Shown here: positions 25,103 through 37,585 of the stretch, one piece after another
How the letters are laid out: each line of letters opens with the position of its first letter
How positions within the stretch are numbered: the stretch's first letter is position 1
Source: Octopus bimaculoides
Taxonomy: Eukaryota
Reading direction: 5' to 3'
Assembly: GCF_001194135.2 (NCBI RefSeq)
Contig: NC_068982.1
Span: 5,882,887-5,935,355 of the forward strand
DNA: 52,469 nucleotides
Translations under genes and position numbers: made by a program
The notes under the pieces: model-generated
What the model was told of the DNA's origin: nothing
The model's database searches: none
Seen by the model: only the letters and a program-made list of their open reading frames with translations

Positions 25103-26027
25103 CTAGGGGAAAAAAAAAAAAACAGAATAAAGAAATAAATCGAAGACAGATGATGATGATGGTGATGATGATGATGGTGGTGGTGACAATGAAGGTGGTG
25201 GTGGTGGTGGTGATGAGTGTTCACACAGTAATTTCTCTCATAGGCAAAAGGATACAAATATCAATGGATGAATAGTCTGATCAGATCAACCCAGTGTTTA
25301 ACAATTTATTTTATTTTATCTTCTCCAAAAGGACGAAAGGCAAATTGTCCTTGCCAGGATTTGAACTTGTAACTCCAAGACCAGAGCTCTGTCATAACAA
25401 CATCATAAGCCCCTCTAATTCAAGAGTGATTAAACTGGAAGTGGAATGTATAAGCTTTTCCTTTGGACATTAGCAATGTAACAGAACATTGTTCCTTTTG
25501 CATTATAATTCCAAGACAATCCAAGTTGTCTTGAAGGAATATGAAAACAAGGATCAAAATAAGCCAAGAGATTATTTTTATCTTTTGTTTTCTTTTAGTG
25601 GTTTCCCCTTTTAGCATCAAAATTATTCTACTAAATGCAATACTTATTCACATTGTTTTGAAATTAAACACACATTATCTTGTAACTATGTAAGGTGACA
25701 AGCTGGCAGAACTGTTAGCACACCTGGTGAAATGTTCAATGGTATTTTGTCAGCCGCTACGTTCTGGGTTCAAATTCCACTGAGTTCAACTTTGCCTTTC
25801 ATCCTTCTGGGGTCAATAAAATTAGTATCAGTTATGTACTGGGGTCAATGTAATCGACTTAATCCTTTCCCCCAAATTTGAGGCCTTGTGCTTCCAGTAA
25901 AAAGGATTATCTTGTAGCTATGTGATTCAATGATCTGAATGTATATTTTGTAGGGTAGGTATGAAAGGCCAGATCTAGCTGGTTTGAGCATAAAACAGGT
26001 GGAATATTTGGGATAGATTTGGGCTGT

Positions 26028-26255
26028 TTAACTCTTTCGTTACTGTATTTATTTTGCGATGCTCTGTGTTTCTTTCAATTACTTTAAACATAACAAAATA
26101 TTTAGTAAAATAACTTAGTTATTATTAAGCTAGTGTCAGGAACATAAATTGTGACTAAGGTTTGGTGGAATATTTTAATTCAGAACTTATAAAAACAAGA
26201 CATTTGTACTCAGAGCCAGAGGCAGTTTCAGGCAGGTTAGTATCAAAAGGGTTAA
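26028..26255. mobile_element. piggyBac-type MITE, second copy
   Basis: TTAA-CTCTTTCGTTAC...GTATCAAAAGGG-TTAA; body homologous to 23720-23947; older relatives near 14690-14850 and 35853-36070. Confidence 0.8.
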
Positions 26256-26799
26256 ATGCTAAAAAGCTGAGTCACTTCACAATTACATGGGTTCTGAGTT
26301 CGATGTCATGCCACAGCAAGTGAGTTCTACCGTATCCTTAGGCTGGCTAATGCTTTGTGCATGGAAATTGATAAATGCAAGCCAGTCATGTAATCTCCCT
26401 GTGCCTCCACATATGTACATGCACACACATGTAAAGCCAAATTTTCCTCTTGAAGAATATTCTATTGCTACACTTGCAAAAGCACTGCCCCCATTAGATC
26501 AAGCTGCGAAATCCTGTGGGTGCACAACAAACGTGTAATAGTATTGATTTATTTTTTTACCAGTTTTTATATCAATAGGATATCATTGTCAGTTCATTAG
26601 ACTTCATTGTGTAATTGTATTTATCTTACTGATTCTAAAAATATAATTTTGAACCCTGAGCACAAAGGAACAAGTATAAGTTAGAGTAAAGTAGTTATTC
26701 AGTTTCTTTCAGACTTGCCTTTACCAGTTCTGCAAAAGCGATTTCACATTTAATCCCAACGGGATTACTTAAATGAATTCTACCACGGTGTCAGTCAGA

Positions 26800-27355
26800 G
26801 TTATCTACCTTTACTTTCAGATATTTCCAGATATTTCAGCGATCATTTTTTTTTTTCAGAAACTTAGTTTTAGCATCTAACCATGATCACTCAATGGCCT
26901 GAGTGTGTGCTCCGGTCACTGGATCCACATAATGTCGTCGATGGTTCCCCTGTCAGATGGTGATAACCTATGACATTTAAATTATTATAAGCAGGCCATT
27001 CATCTGAATGAATTAATGAACCTTTTTCACATTCTCTCACAATAATTGGGATCAGATTGTTCCCATCACACCATTCCCAACAAAAGTATCGACAGCCTGA
27101 GCCTTGTTTCAGACCCAAATCCCATGACCCATCAATTCTATGTCCATGGTTCCTGCTGTTTCGTTATTCTAAATCACTGTCTTCGAAGAGAGGCGCGTTG
27201 TCACCGTTCAGCATTCTTCTTCAATTGTGTTTTCGTCGACCAACAAATCTTGCTTCGTCGACCTGAATGGGGTGATCGTCTGTTGCAACCATCTCCCCTC
27301 GTCGTTCATGATCAACTATGGCTCCACACACCTCGCGGCACATATGGTACCTGTC
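26800..27355 (-). mobile_element. Merlin (IS1016/IS1595-like DDE) transposase pseudogene in a CHST15 intron
   Basis: IQVDEARFVGRRKHN, LIPIIVRECEKGSLIHSDEWPAYNNL, and after a +1 frameshift NHRRHYVDPVTGAHTQAIE: all three catalytic motifs (D, D, E). Confidence 0.88.
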
Positions 27356-27384
27356 AGTTACTGAGTTACTGCCGTGGTCATGGG

Positions 27385-27780
27385 TATTCATTTATTTGTT
27401 TCAGTCATTGGACTCCGGCCACGCTGGAGCACCGCCTTCAGTCAAGCAAATCGACCCCAGGACTTATTCTTTATAAGCCTAGTACTTATTCTATTGATCT
27501 TTCTTGCTGAACCGCTAAGTGACGGGGATGTAAACACACCAGCATTGGTTGTCAAGCGATGTTGAGGGGGCAAACACAGACACACAAACATACAGACACA
27601 CACACACACACATACATATATATGACAGGCCTCTTTCAGTTTCCGTCTACCAAATCCACTCACAAGGCTTCGGTCAGCCCAAGGCTATAGTAGAAGACAT
27701 TTGCCCAAAGTGCCACGTAGTGGGACTGAACCTGGAACCATGCGGTTGGTAAGCAAGCTACTTACTACACAGCCACTTCT
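27385..27780 (-). mobile_element. SINE family A, full copy truncating the Merlin relic
   Basis: Homologous to 750-1147. Confidence 0.85.
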
Positions 27781-28087
27781 GTATATCCACAACAAAGAAA
27801 AATATTAGTTATAAAATCTCACTGGGGCTCAACTTGCAGTTTAATTTGTTGTTAATGTTCTTATAATGGAAAAATCGGTTTCCTTTGCGAACTGAATGTT
27901 TAAGGTAGATAACCCTGGTTATACTGTTTGACAACGTGGTAGACCGCATACTGTATACTAGCACCAATAAATCCAATATCGTATTTATTTCATTGATATT
28001 TAAAAGATGATATAAAAGGAAAAAATGTGTTAGGATTTGTGTTGAGGATGAAATAAGTAGAACAAGAGCATACACGAAGACGAAAAG

Positions 28088-28130
28088 TGTCAGAAGAGGT
28101 CACAGATGTGTGACGAAAGATTTCCGGACA
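28088..28130 (+). ncRNA. Decayed hammerhead-like motif
   Basis: UGU-CAGAAGA-G-GUCACA-GAUG-UGUGAC-GAAA-GAUUUCCGGACA; core U4 to A; stem III imperfect. Confidence 0.4.
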
Positions 28131-29369
28131 ATGGACATGAATTAGAATAAGAACAGTAATAAACAAGTGAAGAACAAATGTATAGTGCGTATATTTATTT
28201 ATCGAAAAAAGGAAAAAAATGACCGTCCTGAAATACAACAATATGTGTTAGGATTTAATATCAGAAAGTAGAGGGACGGATCAACAAGATCTTTCGTTTC
28301 GCTCCCTAACTTACGTCAATCGCATTCCGCATTTTATGTTAGCTAAAAGATGAAAGCAGGACACCAACTGAAATTTTCTAAATGCATAGAAGGGAGGTAA
28401 TAGAACAATTTAAGTGTTATCTCTCTTGCATACTTTCGACGAAAGGTAATTGTTAAAATAACTTGCTGAAGGATATGGATGACAGCAAAAAAAAAAGAAG
28501 AAGATACATTTTATTAGAAATTAAAGGATTCCGAGACACCAAGAATATGATAAACAGTGGGTAAAGTGACGTGTCAAAGATAATTGAAAGGCAATACATC
28601 CATAACAATATGATATGATCTAGAGTTATCTCTCTTCTTCCTCAGCTCGGGAAATGTGTGGGAGTGCGGAAATTGTCCACTGCTGTGTTGTGAGAATATA
28701 AACGTTTAACAGTCTGAACCAATCGCATTTGTAGAAATTAGATGTCCAAGTTGGATCATTTACGCAGAACGCAACAGCTTCAGACGGATTACTTTGGAAT
28801 ATCTTCTCTCATCGCTGGACACGGCATTTACTTATGCTTTCATTCCTCAAGGGCTAATCACACACACGCACAAGTACGTGCGTACATACTTACCTACATA
28901 CATCATCATAGGTGCATCAGGTTATTATGTATCAAACAAATTTGCATAAAACCCTAGGAATATTCGGTTTCATGAAGAAAGAGTAAAATAACCTGACTTG
29001 ATTTTTGAGAATCCGTGTCAAGTTCTTTTACTCTTATAAAATTAAAAATTCAAAAATTTATATATATATATGTATATGTATAAAATACAAATACACACAC
29101 ACACACATATATATATATATATGCATACATACATACATACATACATATATATATATATCTATCATCATCATCATCATCATCATTTAACGTCCGCTTTCCA
29201 TGCTAGCATATATATATATCTGTCACTTGTGTTTTAAACTCTGTCAGTCGGCAACTGGTCTTAAAAGTCATCTAAGGGCTCATCAGTGGAGTGATTGTAC
29301 TGTGTGATGGGGTGTGGGGTGTGGTATGTTCATTGATGGGACCACTTTCATCTCACAAGATGAAGCAAT

Positions 29370-29414
<45 letters not shown>

Positions 29415-29425
29415 CGTGTGTGTGA

Positions 29426-29505
<80 letters not shown>

Positions 29506-29525
29506 CATCATCATCATCATCATCG
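29370..29525. repeat. Compound (TA)n/(TG)n/(CAT)n microsatellite
   Basis: Direct reading; similar tracts at 1-60, 24720-24880 and 50100-50175. Confidence 0.95.
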
Positions 29526-31206
29526 TCGTCGTTTAACGTCCGCTTTCCATGCTAGCATGGGTCGGACGATTTGACTGAGGACTGGTGAAACCAGATGGCT
29601 GCACCAGGCTCCAATCTGATCTGGCAGAGTTTCTACAGCTGGATGCTGGATGCCCTTCCTAACGCCAACCACTCCGAGAGTGTAGTGGGTGCTTTTAGTC
29701 AGGCGGTACTGGCAACAGCCACATAATCGGTTAGTCGTTCATTAAACAAAAATGTTTATTTCAGGGTTTTTTTTTCACAACCCTGGCTGACTAAGACTGT
29801 ATTCCTACCTCCATTAGTGGAGAGGTTATGTGCCTCCAGCCAGCAGATCAAAGTCCCCAATATTGCTGAGCACATAATAAGTGCAAAACCAATGGTATCC
29901 TTCTGACCAGCCATGGGTTGGACAGTTTGACCAGAGTTGGCAAGCTGAGGAGCTGCACAAGGCTCCAATCTGATTTGGCATGGTTTCTATGGTTGAACGC
30001 TCTTCCTAATGCCCATCACTTTACAGAGTCTGCTGGGTGTTTTTACATGGTATCGCATGAGCATTTTAAATGGCACTCCATGTGCACTTTTACATGGTGG
30101 AGTGTGTGTGTTGCATTGTTAACATATGGTGTTATAGTTGTATATGATTGTCATTGTCATACAATTTAGTTCATTCGAAATTTCTGTGGAAACATGCTTG
30201 CTTAAGACTGAATATTCTTTCCTACCCTAGGCACAAGGCCCAAAATTTTGGTGGAGGGGGCCAGTCGATTAGATTGACCCCAGTATGCAACTGGTACTTA
30301 ATTTCTTGATTCTGAAAGAATGAAAGGCAAAGTACTGCTAAGCATGTCACCCGGCATGCTAACGTTTCTTATTTCTTTATTGCCCCCAAGGGGCTACACA
30401 CAGAGGGGACAAACATAGAGGGGACAAACAAGGACAGACAAAGAAATTAAGCTGATTACATTGATCCCAGTGCGTAACTGGTACTTTATTTATCGACCCC
30501 GAAAGGATGAAAGGCAAAGTCGACCTCGGCGGAATTTGAACTCAGAACGTAATGGCAGACGGAATATCGCTAAGCATTTCGCCCGGTGTGCTAAGGATTC
30601 TGCCATCTCACCACCTTATTAAGAGTGAATATTAGATTGCTTAGTAACTGCAAATCTGACCTGACCCAAGCAAGTATTGAAACGGTAGTCATTATAAAAG
30701 NNNNNNNNNNNNNNNNNNNNNNNNNNNNNNNNNNNNNNNNNNNNNNNNNNNNNNNNNNNNNNNNNNNNNNNNNNNNNNNNNNNNNNNNNNNNNNNNNNNN
30801 NNNNNNNNNNNNNNNNNNNNNNNNNNNNNNNNNNNNNNNNNNNNNNNNNNNNNNNNNNNNNNNNNNNNNNNNNNNNNNNNNNNNNNNNNNNNNNNNNNNN
30901 NNNNTATATATATTGGAGCTTGGTGTTGCTATCCGGTTTCACCAGTCATCAGTCAAATCGTCGAACTCATGCTAGCATGGAAAGCAGATGTTAAACGATG
31001 ATGACGATGATGTGTGTATGTATGTATATGTAAATATATACATACATACACACACACATTGGTGCTCCAGCATGACCACAGCCACATGGCTGAAATAAGT
31101 AAAAGAATAAAAGAATATATATAAATATATACTTGCAAAAATATGTTGTACAGTCATGTGGTAACACGTAAATACTGACTGATGATCTGTAATGTATCAG
31201 GCTTAC

Positions 31207-31363
31207 CTTTCGATAGGATTTCTTAGAAGTACAATGACTTTAATACCAGGTGTAAAGTGATGAATATAATGAGCGTTTAACAATTCTGGTTCATCTAGGT
31301 TAGCATTGCCAGGGAATGAACGCCAAAAATCATTGTCCCATAATGTTGATGCGCTTGAGTCAC
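31207..31363 (-). CDS. CHST15: CHST15-like coding exon 4
   Basis: TTTACAAG acceptor; (S)DSSASTLWDNDFWRSFPGNANLDEPELLNAHYIHHFTPGIKVIVLLRNPIE(R), with ASTxWDN and the first half of the 3'-PB motif RxPxER; donor GTAAGC; phase 1 to 2. Confidence 0.93.
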
Positions 31364-31637
31364 CTTGTAAAGAAACAAAAACTTTGTAATACTTGGAATA
31401 AATATAGATATATATATTAATAATAATAATATGACAACAAAGGAATGAATGAGACCTCGATATTATGTAAAATGGAGGAATTTATCTAGAAATATAATAT
31501 GTGACAATTATTCAGTTGCCATAGTAAAATTTTTTGTCAAACATTTTGAATAATGACATAAAAATATATTTGTTAAAGAAAGTATTTTGCATAAAGCAGA
31601 AAAGTGCACAATGAGAAAGGAAGTGTTGCGAGCTTAC

Positions 31638-31733
31638 TTGTAATCTTTGAGTGAGATTTATCCAATTCAATCTTTTCAGCTGCCCCATCAAATAAATCAA
31701 TGTAAATATTAATTGATGAGCGATTGGTCCTCT
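31638..31733 (-). CDS. CHST15: CHST15-like coding exon 3
   Basis: TTTCTAG acceptor; (K)RTNRSSINIYIDLFDGAAEKIELDKSHSKIT, cf. DYLDLFDLAA in vertebrate CHST15; donor GTAAGC; phase 1 to 1, 96 nt. Confidence 0.9.
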
Positions 31734-32165
31734 CTAGAAAAGAAGAAAACAAAATTTTTGAGTAAAGCAATGGAATAATAGTGTTGCTGGTGCAGGTGTG
31801 ACTGTGTGGTAAGAAGCTTCCTTCCCAGCAACAAGGTTCTGGGTTCAGTCTCATTGCGTGGCACCTTGGGCTTGTGCCTTATGCTATAGTCTTGGGTCGA
31901 TCAAAGCCTTGTGAGCTGATTTGGTAGGCAGAAACTGAAAGAATCCTTATGTTATTTTTCTGGTTCCCAGAAATGAGTTCTAACCACCACCCCTTACACA
32001 TGTGGAAAATGTAGAGAAGGAATTTAGATCCCTTCAAGGCATCTTCCTCTCAATCAATGTATGAAACTGAAAAACTTCATTGCCAAAATGAATGAGTATA
32101 AAAAACATTTTTGGACTGATCTGAGATATTACTTTTCCATGATTGAATTCATCAGATGTGAATGA

Positions 32166-32184
32166 AGTAATAATAATAATAGTA

Positions 32185-32255
<71 letters not shown>

Positions 32256-32445
32256 CCTTTCTACTCTAGGTACAAGGCCCAAAATTTGGGGGAAGGGATT
32301 ACAACAATAATATTGATAATGCTTTCTACTCTAGGCACTAGGCCCAAAATTTGGAGGAAGGAAATAATAATAATAATAATAATAATAATGATAATAATAA
32401 TAATAATAATAATAATAATTATAATAATAGTAATAATTCTTTCTA
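32166..32445. repeat. (AAT)n microsatellites interleaved with SINE B 3' ends
   Basis: About 90 bp of (AAT)n, then CTTTCTACTCTAGG.AC.AGGCCCAAAATTTGG twice, then more (AAT)n. Confidence 0.85.
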
Positions 32446-33964
32446 ATACATAGAACTTAACCCGTCCCATGAAATTGCTACCTTGTGCTAAAATTTGAAA
32501 CCATTATTATGCTGGTGTTTGTGCTGATATTAAGTTTGAAGAAATCAACCTTATTAGTAAATAATTTTAGACCTACATTGGCACCCTTTAAGCAAACTTC
32601 ATTCCTGCACTTATGCCTTCTCCATTCCAACCAGATCAAGCTGGGTGGCAATGTTGTTGCAAAAAGTTCTGTTTTTCCAGCTACAAACAATTGAACTAGA
32701 TCCAGATGTTCAGGTAGGTGGTATAAGGTATGTGTAACTCTAAGGCGGTGAGCTGGCAGAAGCGTTAGCACGCCGGCCAAAATGCTTAGCGGTATTTCGT
32801 CTGTCTTTACATTCTGAGCTGAAATTCCGCTAAGGTTGATTTTGTCTTTCATCCTTTCGGGGGTCGATGAATTAAGCACCAGTTGCGTACTGGGGTTGAT
32901 CTAATCAACTGCCCCTCCTCTCTAAAAATTTCGGTCCTTGTGCCCAGAGTAGAAGAATAAAGGTGAATATACCTGCAGGATGATAGGTGTTTATGTCCGG
33001 ACAAGTATTTGTCGGCCAGATATTTTATCTGTATCTAGAAACCTTTTTTTTTAGGAACATCCAGTTCATTATTGGCTAGTGAGAGATTGAAATAATATTC
33101 TCGATGTATGTTGGGATTGTAACTGAGCAGCTGGAAACAAAACAAAAGAAACCTGGCTCAGACTGTCTTATAGGTATTAAATGAATTTGGCAAATGCATC
33201 TGTGCAGATTCTACCAAAACTGCAGTAAGTTGTCTTGGATAAAAGATATTTTCATATCTTTTATCGTTTATCTTTTACTTGTTTTAGTCATACATATACA
33301 TATACATACATACATACACACACACATATATATATATATATGAATATATATATATTATTTATATCATTATTTGATTGAATGCCATGCATCTATTTCCAAG
33401 GAAGTTTATCTTAATATTTTTAATGCGATTCTACCCTTTACTGTTCTCTCCCCACCTATTGCTTTCTCTCTCATCCTTTCTCTAATTCCTCTTTTTCTCC
33501 CCTTTTCTATCTGTCTGTCTGTCTTTCTCCCTCTTTCTCCTTTACAATCTCTCTCTCTCATTGCTCACACCTGACCATCGTCCATCTTTCTTTCCCTCTC
33601 TCGATTATCTTTCATTTCCAACACGGCTGTCGTAGAGACTGCACGTATTCTATCTTTCCTCTTGTCAAAGAGAATATTTCTCCAGCATTCGCTGTTTTAC
33701 CTTTGTATGGTCTAACAACTCCCCATACTCTTTACTCTTTTACTGGTTTCAGTCATTTGACTGTGGCCATGCTGGAGCACCGCCTTTAGTCGAGCAAATC
33801 GACCCCCAGGACTTATTCGTTGTAAGCCTAGTACTTATTCTATCGGTCTCTTTTGCTGAACAGCTAAGTTACGGGGACGTAAACACACCAGCATCGGTTG
33901 TCAAGCGATGTTGGGGGAACAAACACAGACACACAAACATATACACTCACACGAACGAGAATAC

Positions 33965-34193
33965 TAAAAAGGAATCCATCCGCTCTCAAAAATTAAGTAA
34001 AAAAAACAGGAAAAATAATCCAGAATCTTTGTCCAGTACCAAAATCTAATCAGGTCGTGCCAGTCACGAGGCCAAACATCCCTGAAAGTTTCATTCGAAT
34101 CCATCCAGCGGTTCTTGAGATATCTTGTCCATGGACAAACAAACAAACACAACTGAAAACAATACCTCCGCCTTCGCTAAGGCAGAGGTAATA
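33965..34193 (-). mobile_element. DINE/HINE (Helentron-associated)-like element
   Basis: Terminal hairpin TACCTCCGCCTT-CGCT-AAGGCAGAGGTA (34163-34190) followed on the minus strand by (GTTT)n and GATATCTCAAGAACC...ATGAAACTTTCAGG. Confidence 0.55.
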
Positions 34194-34212
34194 AGGTAAC
34201 AAAATTACTCAC

Positions 34213-34546
34213 TAAGTTCACTAAACCTCATTCTCGTCCACCAGTGAGGTTCTTTTCTTTGTCCTTTCACAATATCGGGATGTACATTGAGGCGTCGATA
34301 AAAATCCGTGGTTCCTGATTTCGGCATGCCAGCAACATAAAGGTATGGAAGACATCGTAACCGTTTCGGTTTTGTGCTGCTGTTTGTCTTACTGAGTAGT
34401 TTCCCCCATTTCACGGTTAATCGAATCATTTCTTTCTGTGTGTTCTCTGTCAAACTTAAATAAGGGTTGTCTACGTAGACACCAGCTGAATGTATAGTTT
34501 CAAGCCAACAGGGGTTTCGGTAATTGAGCAAATAACGGGGTACATC
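34213..34546 (-). CDS. CHST15: CHST15-like coding exon 2 (5'-PSB loop)
   Basis: Pyrimidine tract + TAAAG acceptor. DVPRYLLNYRNPCW...RLRCLPYLYVAGMPKSGTTDFYRRLNVHPDIVKGQRKEPHWWTRMRFSEL contains the NPCW, RCLPY, PKSGTTD and KEPHWW motifs of CHST15. Donor GTGAGT at 34212 (phase 1); alternative in-phase donor at 34221. Confidence 0.93.
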
Positions 34547-34765
34547 CTTTAAAAGAGAAAAAAAAACAAAGTCAAAAATTAGAAAGGTTAATTTTTTTTG
34601 CTTTTAATTGACAATATATGACGTTTATTTTTAAAAACTTTGAATTACATTGTATTAACATAATTAATAGCGATGGAAGCAATATCAATACTAAATAGTA
34701 ATGTTTATCCACACTTTAAAGTGGATGTTGTGTTAGAATAGAAAATACTCTATTATTTACCATAA

Positions 34766-35625
34766 TACGAGGGCTGATCAATCCGGACTTTTACCATAGT
34801 AACGGAGCTAAAGCACGCAGAGTAAAGCTGCTTGGTATAAATTGACCCTGAGCTCTGCTGTGCATGCATATTGAGTTTTAACGTTCTAGCTCACTTCTGC
34901 TGTTTACAGCATTGCTCGGAAGGAACGTGTGTAGCATGTGATCGTTGCATTGACCATGACAGAGAAAGTTGTCATGGCGATACCTGCTCAGAGGTCTACG
35001 CAAAGTTGCAGAAAGTGCATTGAGAGGAGTGTATGAGTCGCACACAAATGAACGAATGGTTCAGACGTTTCCAAGATGGCCGAAAAATTGTCGATATTAA
35101 CGAACGTTCTGGGAGACTTGCAACCGACAGAACTGAGTAAAACATCGAATCACCATCCGTGAGTTATCAAAGGATGAGCAGGTTAGTTACGGTTCAGTTC
35201 AGTCCATTATCACTGAAGATTTGGGGTATGAGACGGGTGCCTGGCAAATTTGTGCGGAAACTGTTTTTAGCAGACTAAAGCGACACTCGGGTTTCAATTG
35301 CTCAAGACCCCCTTGATTGAGTCGAGAACGATGAAAATTCTTTGAAAACTTTGCGTAGGGGTCTGAGTAGGTATCGCCAAGCTTTTGGCAAAATTTGATG
35401 CAGATTCTCCGCTCAACTTTTTCTGTCATGGTCAATGCAACGACCATACGTTACACACGTTCCTTCAAAGCACTGCTGTAAACAGCGGAAGTGAGCTAAA
35501 ACGTAAAAACTTAGTGCGCATGCACAGCAGAATTCAAAGTCAATCTTTGCCAAGCGGGTTTACTCTGTGTGCTTTAGTATCGTTACTGTGGCAACAGTCT
35601 GGATATTTATTGATCAAGCCACGTA
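34766..35625. mobile_element. Non-autonomous mariner made of two inverted 5' ends
   Basis: TA-CGAGGGCTGATCAA...TTGATCAAGCCACG-TA. Plus arm: decayed EECMSRTQMNEWFRRFQDGR...RITIREL...VQSIITEDLGMRRV. Minus arm: MTEKVERRICIKFCQKLG (N-terminal HTH). Confidence 0.85.
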
Positions 35626-37439
35626 GAAACTCTTATATGGACTTGGGGTGTGTATACATGGTGCTCAAAACATAAGCACCCCCCTACATGGGGCTCAGAA
35701 CATAAGCACAAGGGTACAAATTTAGAGGAGGTATGTAGTCAAATATATCAGCCCAGTATTTGACAAGCATATTTTAAACCTCTCTCTTCTCTCTATAAAA
35801 CTAATAACTTATTCACTCATTAGAAATTATTTTAACCATTGTTTCTGATTCTAAATTTAACCCTTTATAATCATATTTCTTATTAAGTATACTGCTTTTG
35901 TTTCAGATTATATTGAACGCAATGAAGAATTTAGTAAAAAACACTTCATCACTGTTAAGCTGGTGTTTGGGATATAAAGTAACATATCCTATTTTAAAGT
36001 TTAATTAAGGTTTTAATGAAAAAGACGTTTTTTTAAATCATGGAATCAGAGTTGCCACGAAATAGGTTAAACGCTGAAAATTCTTGATTTTTTAGTTTTT
36101 CTTCTCTAAAACTTCATTGCAGTGTGCTTAACAGCAGTGCGTGATTTCACAATTTGTTTTCATTTCTGAGACTATAAGGAATTAAGTGGACAAGGAAGCA
36201 AAGAATGGTAATAATTCCAAAGGATGCCAGAACAATGTTGCATTTTTGAAATTGCATTCTCTGATACAACCCCAGCAAATTACTGACAATTCTTGTTCAT
36301 TCATCAAATTACATACAAAAATGTGAATGCATCCTGTGTAAATCCAGGCACAAGCTTGGTGTGTGGTAAGAAGCTTGCTCTCCAACCACATGATTCTGGG
36401 TTCAGCCCCACCGTGTGACACTTTCGGCAGATGTCTTCTACTATAGTCTTAAACTGACCAAAGCCTTGCGAGTGGATTTGGTAGATGGAAACTGAAAGAA
36501 GCCTAAATAACACCTGCTTTGCCGATCAAACTCCCAACCCACAATTAAGTCTTAAGTGTATATATATATGGGCAACACACACACTAAATAAAAAAGATGT
36601 TAGTAAGTAAAAGTGTTTTAAAAAAGATTGTTAAATTTTCAGATTAACACCCGTACGATTTTCACTACAGTGTTAGGGTTAGGGTTTGTTAGGGTTAGGT
36701 AGGTAATGATGCGGGTGTTAATCTCAAGATTTACGAAAAGATTAAAAAAAAAACTCACAGTTTGTAGGGAATNNNNNNNNNNNNNNNNNNNNNNNNNNNN
36801 NNNNNNNNNNNNNNNNNNNNNNNNNNNNNNNNNNNNNNNNNNNNNNNNNNNNNNNNNNNNNNNNNNNNNNNNNNNNNNNNNNNNNNNNNNNNNNNNNNNN
36901 NNNNNNNNNNNNNNNNNNNNNNNNNNNNNNNNNNNNNNNNNNNNNNNNNNNNNNNNNNNNNNNNNNNNNNNNNNNNNNNNNNNNNNNNNNNNNNNNNNNN
37001 NNNNNNNNNNNNNNNNNNNNNNNNNNNNNNNNNNNNNNNNNNNNNNNNNNNNNNNNNNNNNNNNNNNNNNNNNNNNNNNNNNNNNNNNNNNNNNNNNNNN
37101 NNNNNNNNNNNNNNNNNNNNNNNNNNNNNNNNNNNNNNNNNNNNNNNNNNNNNNNNNNNNNNNNNNNNNNNNNNNNNNNNNNNNNNNNNNNNNNNNNNNN
37201 TTGTATGTAGTTTTAGTATCTGTCATTACAGTATCGAAATGTGATTGTTTCAGTTTTGATAGTTTTCTTTTTCTCCTTCCTTTCTTTTTGTATTTGTTGT
37301 TGGATTTTTCGTAAAGGTTCATGAGAGAAAGTAGGAGTTGAAAGGATTTGTATTAGAAAGAGGAAATTAGATTTTATTAGGGAGAAAATGTTTACTTCCA
37401 TAGTTTTATGGATTTTATTCATTATTAGGAAATTTTGGG

Positions 37440-37585
37440 AGTGAAAAAATGACGCAGTGACCTAACAAATTGTATTTAGAATATTAATTGCGATTGTTTA
37501 ATCGAAGAAATTTGGAATTGTGTAAATGTATGAATTTTAAACATACACACACACACACAGAAAATTTGCCTTTTATAGTATAGAT
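37440..37585 (-). mobile_element. Possible non-autonomous Helitron 5' end
   Basis: Minus strand begins A-TCTATACTATAAAAGG followed by (TG)n. Confidence 0.3.

Noticed and set aside
24919-25257. Poly-His N-terminus on the exon 5 ORF
   Set aside because: It comes from an intronic (CAT/CAC)n microsatellite upstream of the acceptor at 25103.
25420-25620. ORF with a hydrophobic stretch resembling an alternative signal-anchor exon
   Set aside because: No usable donor in phase and no homology; the CHST15 frame closes without it.
32485-32694. ORF resembling a secreted peptide (MLKFETIIMLVFVLIL...)
   Set aside because: TTG start, AT-rich intronic sequence antisense to CHST15, no motif or splice support.
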